Source of the DNA: Candidatus Eiseniibacteriota bacterium
Lineage (GTDB): Bacteria > Eisenbacteria > RBG-16-71-46
Direction of reading: 5' to 3'
Length of the DNA stretch: 64,000 nucleotides
Assembly (NCBI GenBank): GCA_025360715.1
Contig: JANYBS010000073.1
Location: 3,048 to 67,047 of the forward strand
Made by a program: the position numbers and the translations under genes
Notes under the pieces: model-generated
Seen by the model: only the letters and a program-made list of their open reading frames with translations
Databases searched by the model: none
Told to the model about the DNA's origin: nothing
Part shown: positions 49,883 through 58,677 of the stretch, in pieces
Numbering within the stretch: position 1 is the stretch's first letter
Layout of the letters: the number at the start of each line of letters is the position of its first letter

Positions 49883-51379
49883 TCAGCGCCGCTCGAGTAC
49901 CCAGAGATGATAATCCGCCGCGAAGCGGCGGGTGCTCGTGAGCACGTAGCCTGCGCGCGTGAGTGCCGGAAGGTAGGCGCTCTCATACGAGTTCCAGCCC
50001 CAAGGCTCGAACATCTGGCGCTGCTTGCTAACGAGCACCACGATATCGGGATGCAGCGCCAGCAGTCGCGCTGGGTCACGCCGGTGGGTGACCGCATACG
50101 CGCGGTCATTGAGACCAATCAAGTCGCGCGTCCACCAGCCGGACAGATACGGCACGGCGCCGCCGTCACTGAGTGCAAGCGTCGCGTTGGGTGTGTGTCG
50201 CGCGGCCAGTTCGCGGCCAAGCTGTTCGTGCGCAGCCGCGAGGCCGTCGGCGTAGGTGAGGCGGTCTGTAAAAGCCGCCGGGAGCCCGGCGGCCTGCCAC
50301 GCGGCGACCGCCACGAATGCAAGTAAGGGCACTGCGCTCGCCAGCGCTCGCGGGCCATGTGTCTGCAGCCAGCGCGCGATGAGTTCCAGGCCCACCGCTG
50401 CGAGCGCACAGACCAGGGCATCCAACGGCGCCAGGTAGCGCGACTGATAGCCCATGAGATGCTCAGGCAAGAGAAAGAACACCAGCAGCGCCGCAAGAGT
50501 CACCGCCGCCGGGCGCAGCGCGCGCGAGGGTGGGAGCAGGCCGACCAGCGCCAAGAGCCCTGCATGCTTCGCATGTCTTGTAAGCCACGCCAGCACATCG
50601 GGCAGCCCCGGTAGTGCGCCCGGGGTGCTGAGCTTCACATAGAACGGAAGCGGGAATGCTAAACCGTAGTACCACCAGCGCAAGCCCCAGTACGCCGCGA
50701 ATGGCAGCACGAACAGGGCGATACTCCAGCGCGCCAGCGCGCGTTGCTCGGGAGCATCGAGAGACCAGGCCGTGACCGCGAGCACGAGCGCGCCCGCCAC
50801 CGTGCCCTCGGGCCGAGTCAGTGCCAAGAGCAGCGCCACCGCAGGCACGAGCGGCGAGCCGTAGCCGCAACGCATCGCGCGGGCGGCCGCCGCGAAGAGC
50901 GCCGTGAGCAGCATCGTGAAAAGCGCAGTCTCCATGCCCGAGATCGCATGTGCCGCTGTGGCCGGCCACACGAGATAGAGCGCAGCCGCCGCATCGGGCC
51001 GCCAGCTGCTCGCGCCCGCCTCGCGCGCCAGGCGCCGCGCGAGCCACGCGCCAAGTAGCGTCGCCGCGACGCCCAGAAGCTTTGCGCACAGCACCGCGTC
51101 AAGACGCAACACATGCGGCGCCACGAGCAACGCCATCCAGAACAAACTCGTATAGCCCTCGTCCCGAGCGCCGCCCGTGTTGTAGACAGGTCCCGCGCCT
51201 TGCGCGACATGCTGCGCGTAGCGCAGCGTGATATATGCGTCGTCGACCGTGAAGCGCCACAGATGGCTCGTCGCGACGGCGAAGACGCCCAGCGCCATCG
51301 CGAGCACGAACCAGCCCAGGAGCCGCGTGACCGGCTGCGGTGCGTGCGTTGGCTCTTGGGAAAGCTCTCGGGGTAGCAT
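49883..51379 (-). CDS. Polytopic membrane glycosyltransferase, ArnT/PMT (GT39/GT83)-like
   Basis: Start chosen at the ATG at 51377-51379 (MLPRELSQEPTHAPQPVTRLLGWFVLAMALG...). An N-terminal loop motif TVDDAYITLRYAQ follows TM1. About 11 predicted TM segments. The track ORF extends to 51691 into the divergent intergenic region and is probably too long. Confidence 0.55.
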   Translation of the reverse strand: MLPRELSQEPTHAPQPVTRLLGWFVLAMALGVFAVATSHLWRFTVDDAYITLRYAQHVAQGAGPVYNTGGARDEGYTSLFWMALLVAPHVLRLDAVLCAKLLGVAATLLGAWLARRLAREAGASSWRPDAAAALYLVWPATAAHAISGMETALFTMLLTALFAAAARAMRCGYGSPLVPAVALLLALTRPEGTVAGALVLAVTAWSLDAPEQRALARWSIALFVLPFAAYWGLRWWYYGLAFPLPFYVKLSTPGALPGLPDVLAWLTRHAKHAGLLALVGLLPPSRALRPAAVTLAALLVFFLLPEHLMGYQSRYLAPLDALVCALAAVGLELIARWLQTHGPRALASAVPLLAFVAVAAWQAAGLPAAFTDRLTYADGLAAAHEQLGRELAARHTPNATLALSDGGAVPYLSGWWTRDLIGLNDRAYAVTHRRDPARLLALHPDIVVLVSKQRQMFEPWGWNSYESAYLPALTRAGYVLTSTRRFAADYHLWVLERR

Positions 51380-51473
51380 GCGATGCCGCGCGCCTCCCGA
51401 CGCGCATAGCCTCTGTCCGACCATTTCGCTCATGGCATGCGAAGCATGCCTTGCAAACAGGAGCCCCGGTACT

Positions 51474-53006
51474 ATGCCGCGTCTTGTCGAGTGTGTCCCG
51501 AACTTCTCCGAAGGCCGCCGTCGCGAAGTGGTGGACGAGATCCTGGGCGCGATCGCCGCCGTGCCAGGCGTGACGCTGCTGGACGCCGAGATGGACCCGG
51601 ACCACAACCGTTCCGTACTCACGTTCGCGGGCGAGCCCGAGCCAGTGATGGAGGCCGCCTTCCGCGCGGTCCAGCGCGCAGCGCAGTGCATCGACCTGAA
51701 CCATCACAGCGGCCAGCACCCGCGCATGGGTGCCGCGGATGTCGTGCCGTTCGTGCCTGTCGAAGGCGTGACCCTGGAAGACTGCGCCGAGTACGCGCGC
51801 GTCGTGGGCAAGCGCATCGGCGAGGAGCTGGGCATCCCGGTGTTTCTCTATGAGGCCGCTGCGCGCACTCCGGCGCGCAAGAGCCTGGCCGACGTGCGGC
51901 GCGGTGAGTTCGAAGGCCTGCGCGAGGCGATCGGCCGCGACTCGGCGCGCAAGCCGGACTTCGGCCCCGAGAAGATCCACGCCACCGCCGGCGCCACGGC
52001 CGTGGGCGCGCGCAAGTTCCTGGTGGCGTTCAATGCGAATTTGAATACACCCGACGTGCGAGTCGCAAAGGCCGTCGCTGCGTCGATCCGGGAACAAAGC
52101 GGGGGTCTCAAGAACGTGCGCGCGTTGGGCTTCTCGATCGAGAACGGTCGCCGTGCGCAGGTGAGCATGAACCTGGTCGACGTGGAAGCCACGCCCATTC
52201 ACCGCACGCTCGCACTGGTACGCGATGAGGCCGCCCGCCATGGCGCCGTCATATCGGGCTGCGAGGTGGTGGGCCTGATCCCCGAGGCCGCCATGCTGGC
52301 GGCAGCCGAGCATGCGATGCAGCTCGAGAACTTCTCGCGCGACCAGGTACTCGAACTGCGCCTGCGCACACCGCCGCTCACCGAAGCTGTCCCCATCGCC
52401 ACGTTCTTCGACCAGGTGGCCGGACCCACGCCGACGCCGGGCGGCGGGACCGTGGCGGCGTTCGTGGGCTCGCTGGCCAGCTGCCTGGCGGCCATGGTGG
52501 CGAATCTCACGCTTGGGAAGAAGAAATACGCGGGCAGCGAAGCGGCCATGCGTGAAGTGAAGCGCGACGCCGAAGCCCTGCGCCGGGACCTGTTGGCGCT
52601 TGGGCGACGGGACTCCGAGGCGTTCGACGCCGTCCTGGCCGCGCGCCGTCTGCCGCAGACGACGCCTGACGAAGTGGCAGCAAGAGAAGCAGCGATCACG
52701 GCCGCTGACTTGGGCGCCGCCCGTGTGCCGCTCGAGACCGCGCGGGCCTGTGTGCGCGTGCTCGAAGTAGCAGGTATCGCCGCCGAGAAGGGCAACGTGA
52801 ACGCCATCTCCGACGCTGGGGTGGCCGGGCTTCTTGCCACGGCGGCCGGGGAGGGTGCATTGCTGAATGTGCAAATCAACCTGAAGTCCATGCCCGAGTC
52901 GGCCGATAAGTCAGCAGTGGCCGCGCAGCTCGAGGAGACTCGTGCAGCGCTGCTCGCGGCTTCGGGGAGGATCCGGGCCACGGTGCAGGCCGCCATGAAC
53001 GCTTGA
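51474..53006 (+). CDS. ftcD: Bifunctional glutamate formimidoyltransferase / formimidoyltetrahydrofolate cyclodeaminase
   Basis: AGGAG 10 nt upstream of the ATG at 51474. The N-terminus MPRLVECVPNFSEGRR is the signature of the formiminotransferase domain. The C-terminal ~200 aa (…PTPTPGGGTVAAFVGSLASCLAAMVANLT…) matches the cyclodeaminase domain. Confidence 0.85.
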   Translation: MPRLVECVPNFSEGRRREVVDEILGAIAAVPGVTLLDAEMDPDHNRSVLTFAGEPEPVMEAAFRAVQRAAQCIDLNHHSGQHPRMGAADVVPFVPVEGVTLEDCAEYARVVGKRIGEELGIPVFLYEAAARTPARKSLADVRRGEFEGLREAIGRDSARKPDFGPEKIHATAGATAVGARKFLVAFNANLNTPDVRVAKAVAASIREQSGGLKNVRALGFSIENGRRAQVSMNLVDVEATPIHRTLALVRDEAARHGAVISGCEVVGLIPEAAMLAAAEHAMQLENFSRDQVLELRLRTPPLTEAVPIATFFDQVAGPTPTPGGGTVAAFVGSLASCLAAMVANLTLGKKKYAGSEAAMREVKRDAEALRRDLLALGRRDSEAFDAVLAARRLPQTTPDEVAAREAAITAADLGAARVPLETARACVRVLEVAGIAAEKGNVNAISDAGVAGLLATAAGEGALLNVQINLKSMPESADKSAVAAQLEETRAALLAASGRIRATVQAAMNA

Positions 53007-53068
53007 TGGTCAGGGATACCCTTTGTCCGGCGCCGAGCGGGGGGCAAGCCGGGGAGAGATAAGCCAAC

Positions 53069-55234
53069 TTGGAAAAGGCGATCGAGATCAAGCGTCGGGC
53101 TCAGCGATGCATCCAGAACGGTGATCTGGATGGAGCGCTTGCGGAGTACGAGAAGCTCGTAGACTCTGCGGAGTCGGACCCCTATAACTTCGTCTTGCTG
53201 GCCGACCTTCTCTACAAGAAGGGCGAGCCCGGCGAGGCTGCGGAGCGCTATCTCACGGCAGTCGCTGCCTATGAGAAAGCTTCGCTCTATAAGAATGCCA
53301 TCGCCGTGTGCAAGAAGATGTTGCGGCTCTCGCTCGCGCCGGCCAAGGTCCTGCAGGCTCTCGCGCATCTGCATGCGCTCGACGGGCTCGCGGGCGAGGC
53401 GTCGCTTTACCACGTGCAGTACGCCGAATACATGGTGCGCGCGAACGAGCCTACGGAAGCTGCGCGGGCGCTGCGCCGGGCATTCGATGTGTGCCAGGAC
53501 AACGTGAAGGTGCTTGAACAGCTGGCCGAGGCCTGGTTGCTCGCGGGGGAGAACGCGCACGCCGCAGCCACACTCATGGAGGCCGCACAGCACTATCGCT
53601 CGCGCTCGCAGGAGAACGACGCGCAACGCGTGGCCGATCGCGCGCATATGCTCGACGCGAATGTGAGCGAAGCGCCTGTGGTGATCGCCGAGCCTCCGGT
53701 GCCCGTGGCACAAGCTTCCGCCCGCGAACCGGTGGCGTTCCTGCAGGACACCGAGATTCGTACGGGCGATCCGATGCCGGTCGACACGCACGTGCAGACG
53801 CCGGTCGTCCCGGTTGCCGCCGATCGCCTCGACGGCCTGGATAGCGGCCGCCACTACAACGCGCCGCCGCGGCTCTCGGACGAGTTCGAGACCACGCACG
53901 CGGCCAGCACGCCCGCTGCCGAGTCCCCGGCGCCGCAAGCTACAGAAGTCGACACGCTGCCGGCCGACGCGTTCCTGCGCGCCGCCAGCGCTGCCATGAA
54001 TGAGACTCGCGAAGCAGCGGAGCCTGAGCGGGTGGAGCCTGTCGCGGCGGAGCCGGAACTCGAAGCGCCGGTCGCCGAGATCACGCCGGCCACGGAGCCG
54101 GAGCCCGAGTCGCAGGTCTACGAGATCAGTGACGCCGACTTGTCTTTGACGTCGGATGCTGCCGGGACGCCAGAACCCAGTCCCGAGCAGGTCCACGCGA
54201 TCGACGAAACGCCCGAAGCCGGCATCTCGAATGACTCGCCCGACGTCCCGGGCCTGGCCTTTGGTACGCCGGTCACCGCGCAGCTGGAGCCGAGCACGGA
54301 TGAGATGGGCATGGCCGATGTCGAGAGCCTGCTCGCGAAGGCGCAGGAGCAGTTCCGCTCCGGCGACCGCGAGGATGCGTCCGCGACGCTGGCGCAGGCC
54401 GCGCAGGCCTACGAGGCCATCGGCCGGTTCGATTCCGCCGTGACGATCTATCGCAGCCTGGGCCGCGGTGCACATTCGACGCCGCGGATCATGGAGCTCT
54501 GGCTCGCGAACTGCGAAGCGCGCGAGGACATGCTGGAAGCCGCGCAGGTCGCCTGCGAGCTGGGCGATGCTTCGCTCAACCAGAATGACGCCGCGACCGC
54601 GAAGGGCTGGTTCCAGCGCGCGGCGAGTTACGACCCGAACAACGAACTGGCCCGGCGTCGCCTGCAGCGGCTGGACAGCCCGGGCATGCCCGCGCCTGAG
54701 CCGGTCGCGCAGGTGGCCTCGGTGACGCCGACGTCGCCCGAGCCGGTCGCCGAGGGCGGCCGCGTCGAAGTCGCGGTCGGCCGTGGCGAAGCCGTGACCT
54801 TCGATCTGAGCGGGCTTCTGGCCGAATTCCAGCGGGGTGTCGAGTCCCAGTTGGCCGGCGACGCCCAGAGCCATTACGATCTGGGCATGACCTACCGTGA
54901 GATGGGCTTGCTCGAGCAGGCAGTGGACTCGTTCCGCGTCTCCGAGCAGGACCCGCGACTGACCGCGCGTTCGCTCGAGATGATCGGGCGTTGCTTCGAC
55001 GATCAAGGCCGGTATGCCGAGGGCGCGCTGGAGTTCCGTCGCGCCATCGACGCGCCGGGTGTGAGTGCCGACATGCTCGACGAGCTGCATCTGCAGCTCG
55101 CGACGTCGCTCGCCCGCAGCGGCGACGCGGCGGGAGCGGAGTCGGAGCTTGCGCGCATCGGTGCCGACTTCGACACCGATCCCGATCTCGCGGAGCGCGT
55201 CGCCGAACTGCGCCGGTCGTTGGGAGCGTCGTGA
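53069..55234 (+). CDS. TPR-repeat protein with a long acidic Pro/Glu-rich linker
   Basis: 721 aa. N-terminal and C-terminal TPR-like helices. Central low-complexity region EPVAAEPELEAPVAEITPATEPEPE. Confidence 0.55.
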   Translation: MEKAIEIKRRAQRCIQNGDLDGALAEYEKLVDSAESDPYNFVLLADLLYKKGEPGEAAERYLTAVAAYEKASLYKNAIAVCKKMLRLSLAPAKVLQALAHLHALDGLAGEASLYHVQYAEYMVRANEPTEAARALRRAFDVCQDNVKVLEQLAEAWLLAGENAHAAATLMEAAQHYRSRSQENDAQRVADRAHMLDANVSEAPVVIAEPPVPVAQASAREPVAFLQDTEIRTGDPMPVDTHVQTPVVPVAADRLDGLDSGRHYNAPPRLSDEFETTHAASTPAAESPAPQATEVDTLPADAFLRAASAAMNETREAAEPERVEPVAAEPELEAPVAEITPATEPEPESQVYEISDADLSLTSDAAGTPEPSPEQVHAIDETPEAGISNDSPDVPGLAFGTPVTAQLEPSTDEMGMADVESLLAKAQEQFRSGDREDASATLAQAAQAYEAIGRFDSAVTIYRSLGRGAHSTPRIMELWLANCEAREDMLEAAQVACELGDASLNQNDAATAKGWFQRAASYDPNNELARRRLQRLDSPGMPAPEPVAQVASVTPTSPEPVAEGGRVEVAVGRGEAVTFDLSGLLAEFQRGVESQLAGDAQSHYDLGMTYREMGLLEQAVDSFRVSEQDPRLTARSLEMIGRCFDDQGRYAEGALEFRRAIDAPGVSADMLDELHLQLATSLARSGDAAGAESELARIGADFDTDPDLAERVAELRRSLGAS

Positions 55235-56070
55235 ACGTGACGGGGCCGCCGCAGTCCGGTGGCCGCCGAGTCGATCTGCACACGCACACGGTGTTCAGCG
55301 ACGGGACGCTCACGCCGGAAGCGCTGCTGGACCATGCCCGCAGCCGCGACGTGAGCATCCTGGCCATCACCGACCACGACAACGTGGATGCCCTGCCGTT
55401 CGCGCTCGCGGCCGCAGGCGACGTGATGGTCGTCCCCGGCATCGAGATCTCGAGCGCGCTCGACAACCTGGACCTGCACATGCTCGGCTACTTCGTGGAT
55501 CACACGAACGAAGCCCTGCGTGACCGCCTCACCGGTTTTCGCGACGAACGCCGTAGCCGCGCGCAGGCGATCCTGGACAAGCTTTCCGCGCTGGGCGTGC
55601 CCGTCGATGCCGACGAGGTCTTCGCCGCTGCAGGCCCTGGCGTGGTCGGCCGTCCGCATGTCGCGCAGGCGCTGGTCAAGGCAGGGCATGTGCCCAACAT
55701 CGACATGGCGTTCCAGCGCTATCTGGGGCCGCGTGGCGCGGCGTTCATCCAGCGCCCCGCGTTCCACTCCGAAGAGGCCATCGCTACCATCCACGCGGCC
55801 GGTGGCGCTGCGGTGCTCGCGCATCCGGGCGGCTCGCTTCCCGAGCACATCGCAGAGCGCTTGCGCGACGCCGGTCTGGATGGCGTCGAGGTCTGGCACC
55901 CGCAGCACGGTGTGAATGCCGTGCGCCGCTGGCATGAGACGGCGAAGAAGCTGGGCTTGATCGAGAGCGGTGGCTCGGACTTCCACGGCCCGCACCGGGG
56001 CGCTGGGCTTGGCGACATGCCGGTGCCCGAGCGGACAGTCGAGTTACTGAGGGCAGCCGCGAGCCGTTGA
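55231..56070 (+). CDS. PHP-domain phosphoesterase (TrpH/YciV-like)
   Basis: GTG start overlapping the upstream stop. Contains RVDLHTHTVFSDGTLTPEALLDHARSRDVSILAITDHDNVDA ... ESGGSDFHG (the PHP metal-binding His/Asp motifs). Confidence 0.7.
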   Translation: MNVTGPPQSGGRRVDLHTHTVFSDGTLTPEALLDHARSRDVSILAITDHDNVDALPFALAAAGDVMVVPGIEISSALDNLDLHMLGYFVDHTNEALRDRLTGFRDERRSRAQAILDKLSALGVPVDADEVFAAAGPGVVGRPHVAQALVKAGHVPNIDMAFQRYLGPRGAAFIQRPAFHSEEAIATIHAAGGAAVLAHPGGSLPEHIAERLRDAGLDGVEVWHPQHGVNAVRRWHETAKKLGLIESGGSDFHGPHRGAGLGDMPVPERTVELLRAAASR

Positions 56071-56132
56071 CGGGGACCTGAGCGCGTGGCTACTCTACTC
56101 GCGCTCCCATCCGCACACCCCGACGGAGACGC

Positions 56133-57953
56133 GTGATCTCTTCTTCCAGGCTATTGATTCCGGTGGTTGCCGTGTTCCTGGCCGTGAGTGTGCCCCCGGC
56201 CGTGCGCGCGGATTCCCCTGTGGGCGATCCGTACGTGATGCCATTGGCGGCGCGCTTCACTGCGCCCGGCGAGCCGGGGTTCGTCTCGCAATACGACCTG
56301 CAGCGCGGTATGCCGTGGACGTTCGCCGGTCTTACCGCTGGCGCCTGGGAGTCGCGCGACCCGTTCGTCACGGCTGCCGGCACCGGCCCCGGCGTGCTCG
56401 AGGCGGCGGCGCCGCTGGCATGGGCGGACTCCAGCGCGATCACGTTCGGTGAGGGCAGCGGCTGGCGCGGCTTCGGCGCCACGCTGGCGGTGGCAGAGAC
56501 GTTCGTGAAGCCCGTGGGCCGCAAGCCGCGCGCGGTGTTCACGCTCATGAATGGCGGCGGCTCGCTCGACCGCTACAGCCTGTTCATCGAGCGCGGCGAT
56601 GATCGCTCATGGGTGCGCGGCGGCACGACAGGAGAGAAGCGCGGCGCCTTGGGCGCTCTCGACCTGGAAGGCGCGCACCTCTGGTTCCTGTCCGCCGGCA
56701 CGCGCCGCGGCGCGCACACGTTCGAGGCGCGTATGTCGCAGCAGGGCATGGGCGCACAGTTGGCGAGCGCGCCCACGCTCGACGGTACAGCGGGCGGCTT
56801 CGGCGAAGGCGCGCATGGAATCGCCGGCAGCGCGGGCTGGACGTGGCGCGGCGACGGTACGCTGCTGTCGGCGCGGCTCGCGCGCGGCGTGGATGGCCGC
56901 GACTCGCATGGCGCGGAAGGTTCGTTCTATTCGCGCCGCGATGCGTGGCGCGACGCACTCGAGCTCGTGGGTGAGCGCCGCGCCGCGGACTGGACGTACG
57001 GCGCGCGCATCGCGGTGGATCGCTCGCACGTCGTGCGCTGGGGCGCGGTCACGTCCGACGCCTACACGCGCACGCAGTGGGACGCGCAGAGCCAGTGGGC
57101 GGCGCTGCGGACGCAGGGCACGCTCGCCGGTGGCCGCCTGAACGCGAGCCTGGGCGGCGGGCATCTCGATGCGCCCGCGCGTAGCGCCGAGCGATTCCAG
57201 ATCGCGCCATCGCTCGCGTGGACACGCGGCGTGGGCGCCTGGAACGTGCGATTGCACACGCAGCGCGTGGTCGATCCGCTCTGGAGCGATCTCTCCGACG
57301 GCACGCCAGCATTCGTGCAAGACGTGTGGAGCGAAGGCGTGGACGTGAGTCTTGCGCGGGCCGGCGAGGCCGCATCCGGCACCTTGGTGAACAGCCCTCT
57401 CGGCGCCGGCGTGATGGCGCTGCAGACGGGCGGGCGTGCGACCAGCATTCGCTATCCGTTGCGCGACTTCGTGCTGCGCAACGGTTGGCGCCGCGCAGGC
57501 AGCGACCTCGCCATGCTGCTCGGCACCGCGCATGCGCGAGGCCACTGGCGCGCGCTGGGCGCCGATGCGAGCGGCTGGGCACTTTCGCGACCGCACACGC
57601 GTGATGAAGCGGCCGTCGATCCTGTGGTCGGCGGGCGCGCCGGGCTCGAGACGCGCTTCCGGGTCTTCGCGAACGATCTGGGTGTGCGGCTGCGCCTGGA
57701 AGCCGCGTACGTGGGTTCGCGCGACGCCGATCCCGATGCTGGCGGCTTCGCAGGCCGGTTGCCCGGCTACACGACGCTGTCGGGCACAGCCTCGCTCACG
57801 CTCGGCGATGCCACGATCGTGCTGCGCGGCGAGCAACTCGAGGGCACCCGCCACGCGGAGGTGTGGACGGACCCGGTGGGTGGCTCGAGCCTGCCGGCCT
57901 TGGGTCCGGGAAGATCGATCCGCGCCGAGGTGACCTGGCCGTTGTTCGACTAG
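56133..57953 (+). CDS. Secreted/outer-membrane hypothetical protein
   Basis: Signal MISSSRLLIPVVAVFLAVSVPPAVRA. 606 aa, beta-rich. No motif recognised. Confidence 0.4.
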   Translation: MISSSRLLIPVVAVFLAVSVPPAVRADSPVGDPYVMPLAARFTAPGEPGFVSQYDLQRGMPWTFAGLTAGAWESRDPFVTAAGTGPGVLEAAAPLAWADSSAITFGEGSGWRGFGATLAVAETFVKPVGRKPRAVFTLMNGGGSLDRYSLFIERGDDRSWVRGGTTGEKRGALGALDLEGAHLWFLSAGTRRGAHTFEARMSQQGMGAQLASAPTLDGTAGGFGEGAHGIAGSAGWTWRGDGTLLSARLARGVDGRDSHGAEGSFYSRRDAWRDALELVGERRAADWTYGARIAVDRSHVVRWGAVTSDAYTRTQWDAQSQWAALRTQGTLAGGRLNASLGGGHLDAPARSAERFQIAPSLAWTRGVGAWNVRLHTQRVVDPLWSDLSDGTPAFVQDVWSEGVDVSLARAGEAASGTLVNSPLGAGVMALQTGGRATSIRYPLRDFVLRNGWRRAGSDLAMLLGTAHARGHWRALGADASGWALSRPHTRDEAAVDPVVGGRAGLETRFRVFANDLGVRLRLEAAYVGSRDADPDAGGFAGRLPGYTTLSGTASLTLGDATIVLRGEQLEGTRHAEVWTDPVGGSSLPALGPGRSIRAEVTWPLFD

Positions 57954-57994
57954 CGCGACTCAGCCGCTACTTGCAGCATCACGCCCCCGCGTGA

Positions 57995-58471
57995 GTGATC
58001 ATGCTGGATCTGACGCCTCAAGAGCGCCGCGGGGCGCTGGTCGTGCTCTCGCTCTTTGTGATCGGGACGCTGTGGGATCTCGTGCACGTGGAGCCGCGCT
58101 TGACGCCCCCGCTGCCGGCGGCCATGGAGATGCCGGCGACTGCAGCGGTTGAGGGCGCGCAGAATGATGCCGCTGTGAGTGCGTCACTCACTGTCGCGCC
58201 GACAGCCCCCACGGCGCCGCCAGCCGCGCGGCACGGCAAAGCCCCGCCTTCACAGCCATTGCCGCTTGCGAGCGCGAGTGCGCAGGACCTAGCGAGACTG
58301 CCGGGCATCGGCCCGGTGCTGGCTCAGCGCATCGTCGATCGCCGTGAACGCGTGGGTGGCTTCCATTCGGTCGACGATCTGCTTGCGGTGCCCGGCATCG
58401 GCCCGCGCCTCTTCGAGCGCATCCGGCCGTGGCTGCGAACCGGAGGAGACGTGCGTTCTGCACGGCCGTGA
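57995..58471 (+). CDS. comEA: ComEA-like helix-hairpin-helix DNA-binding protein
   Basis: N-terminal TM anchor. C-terminus LARLPGIGPVLAQRIVDRRERVGGFHSVDDLLAVPGIGPRLFERIRP is a tandem HhH. Confidence 0.7.
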   Translation: MIMLDLTPQERRGALVVLSLFVIGTLWDLVHVEPRLTPPLPAAMEMPATAAVEGAQNDAAVSASLTVAPTAPTAPPAARHGKAPPSQPLPLASASAQDLARLPGIGPVLAQRIVDRRERVGGFHSVDDLLAVPGIGPRLFERIRPWLRTGGDVRSARP

Positions 58472-58677
58472 GCGGTGGATACGTGCAGTTTTCGCTTCAG
58501 GGAGAACACCCCGGTTGCCGATGACTCAGGTGGCCCGTGTCGCTGCGGAACTTACGCCATGCGTGGTGTGCGTTCCGCACGGCACGACCATTGCCAAAGG
58601 CTTGGCGGTTCGTGTGGCAGCACGCGCCCAGTCAGGGGCCACGGAAACGGCAGCCCTCCTCCCTCACGAGGCATCCC

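Noticed and set aside
52199-55090. 963-aa minus-strand ORF antisense to ftcD and the TPR protein gene
   Set aside because: It is the longest antisense ORF in the window, but the plus strand carries the diagnostic MPRLVECVPNFSEGR FtcD signature and TPR helices. The antisense product is Arg/Ala-rich junk.
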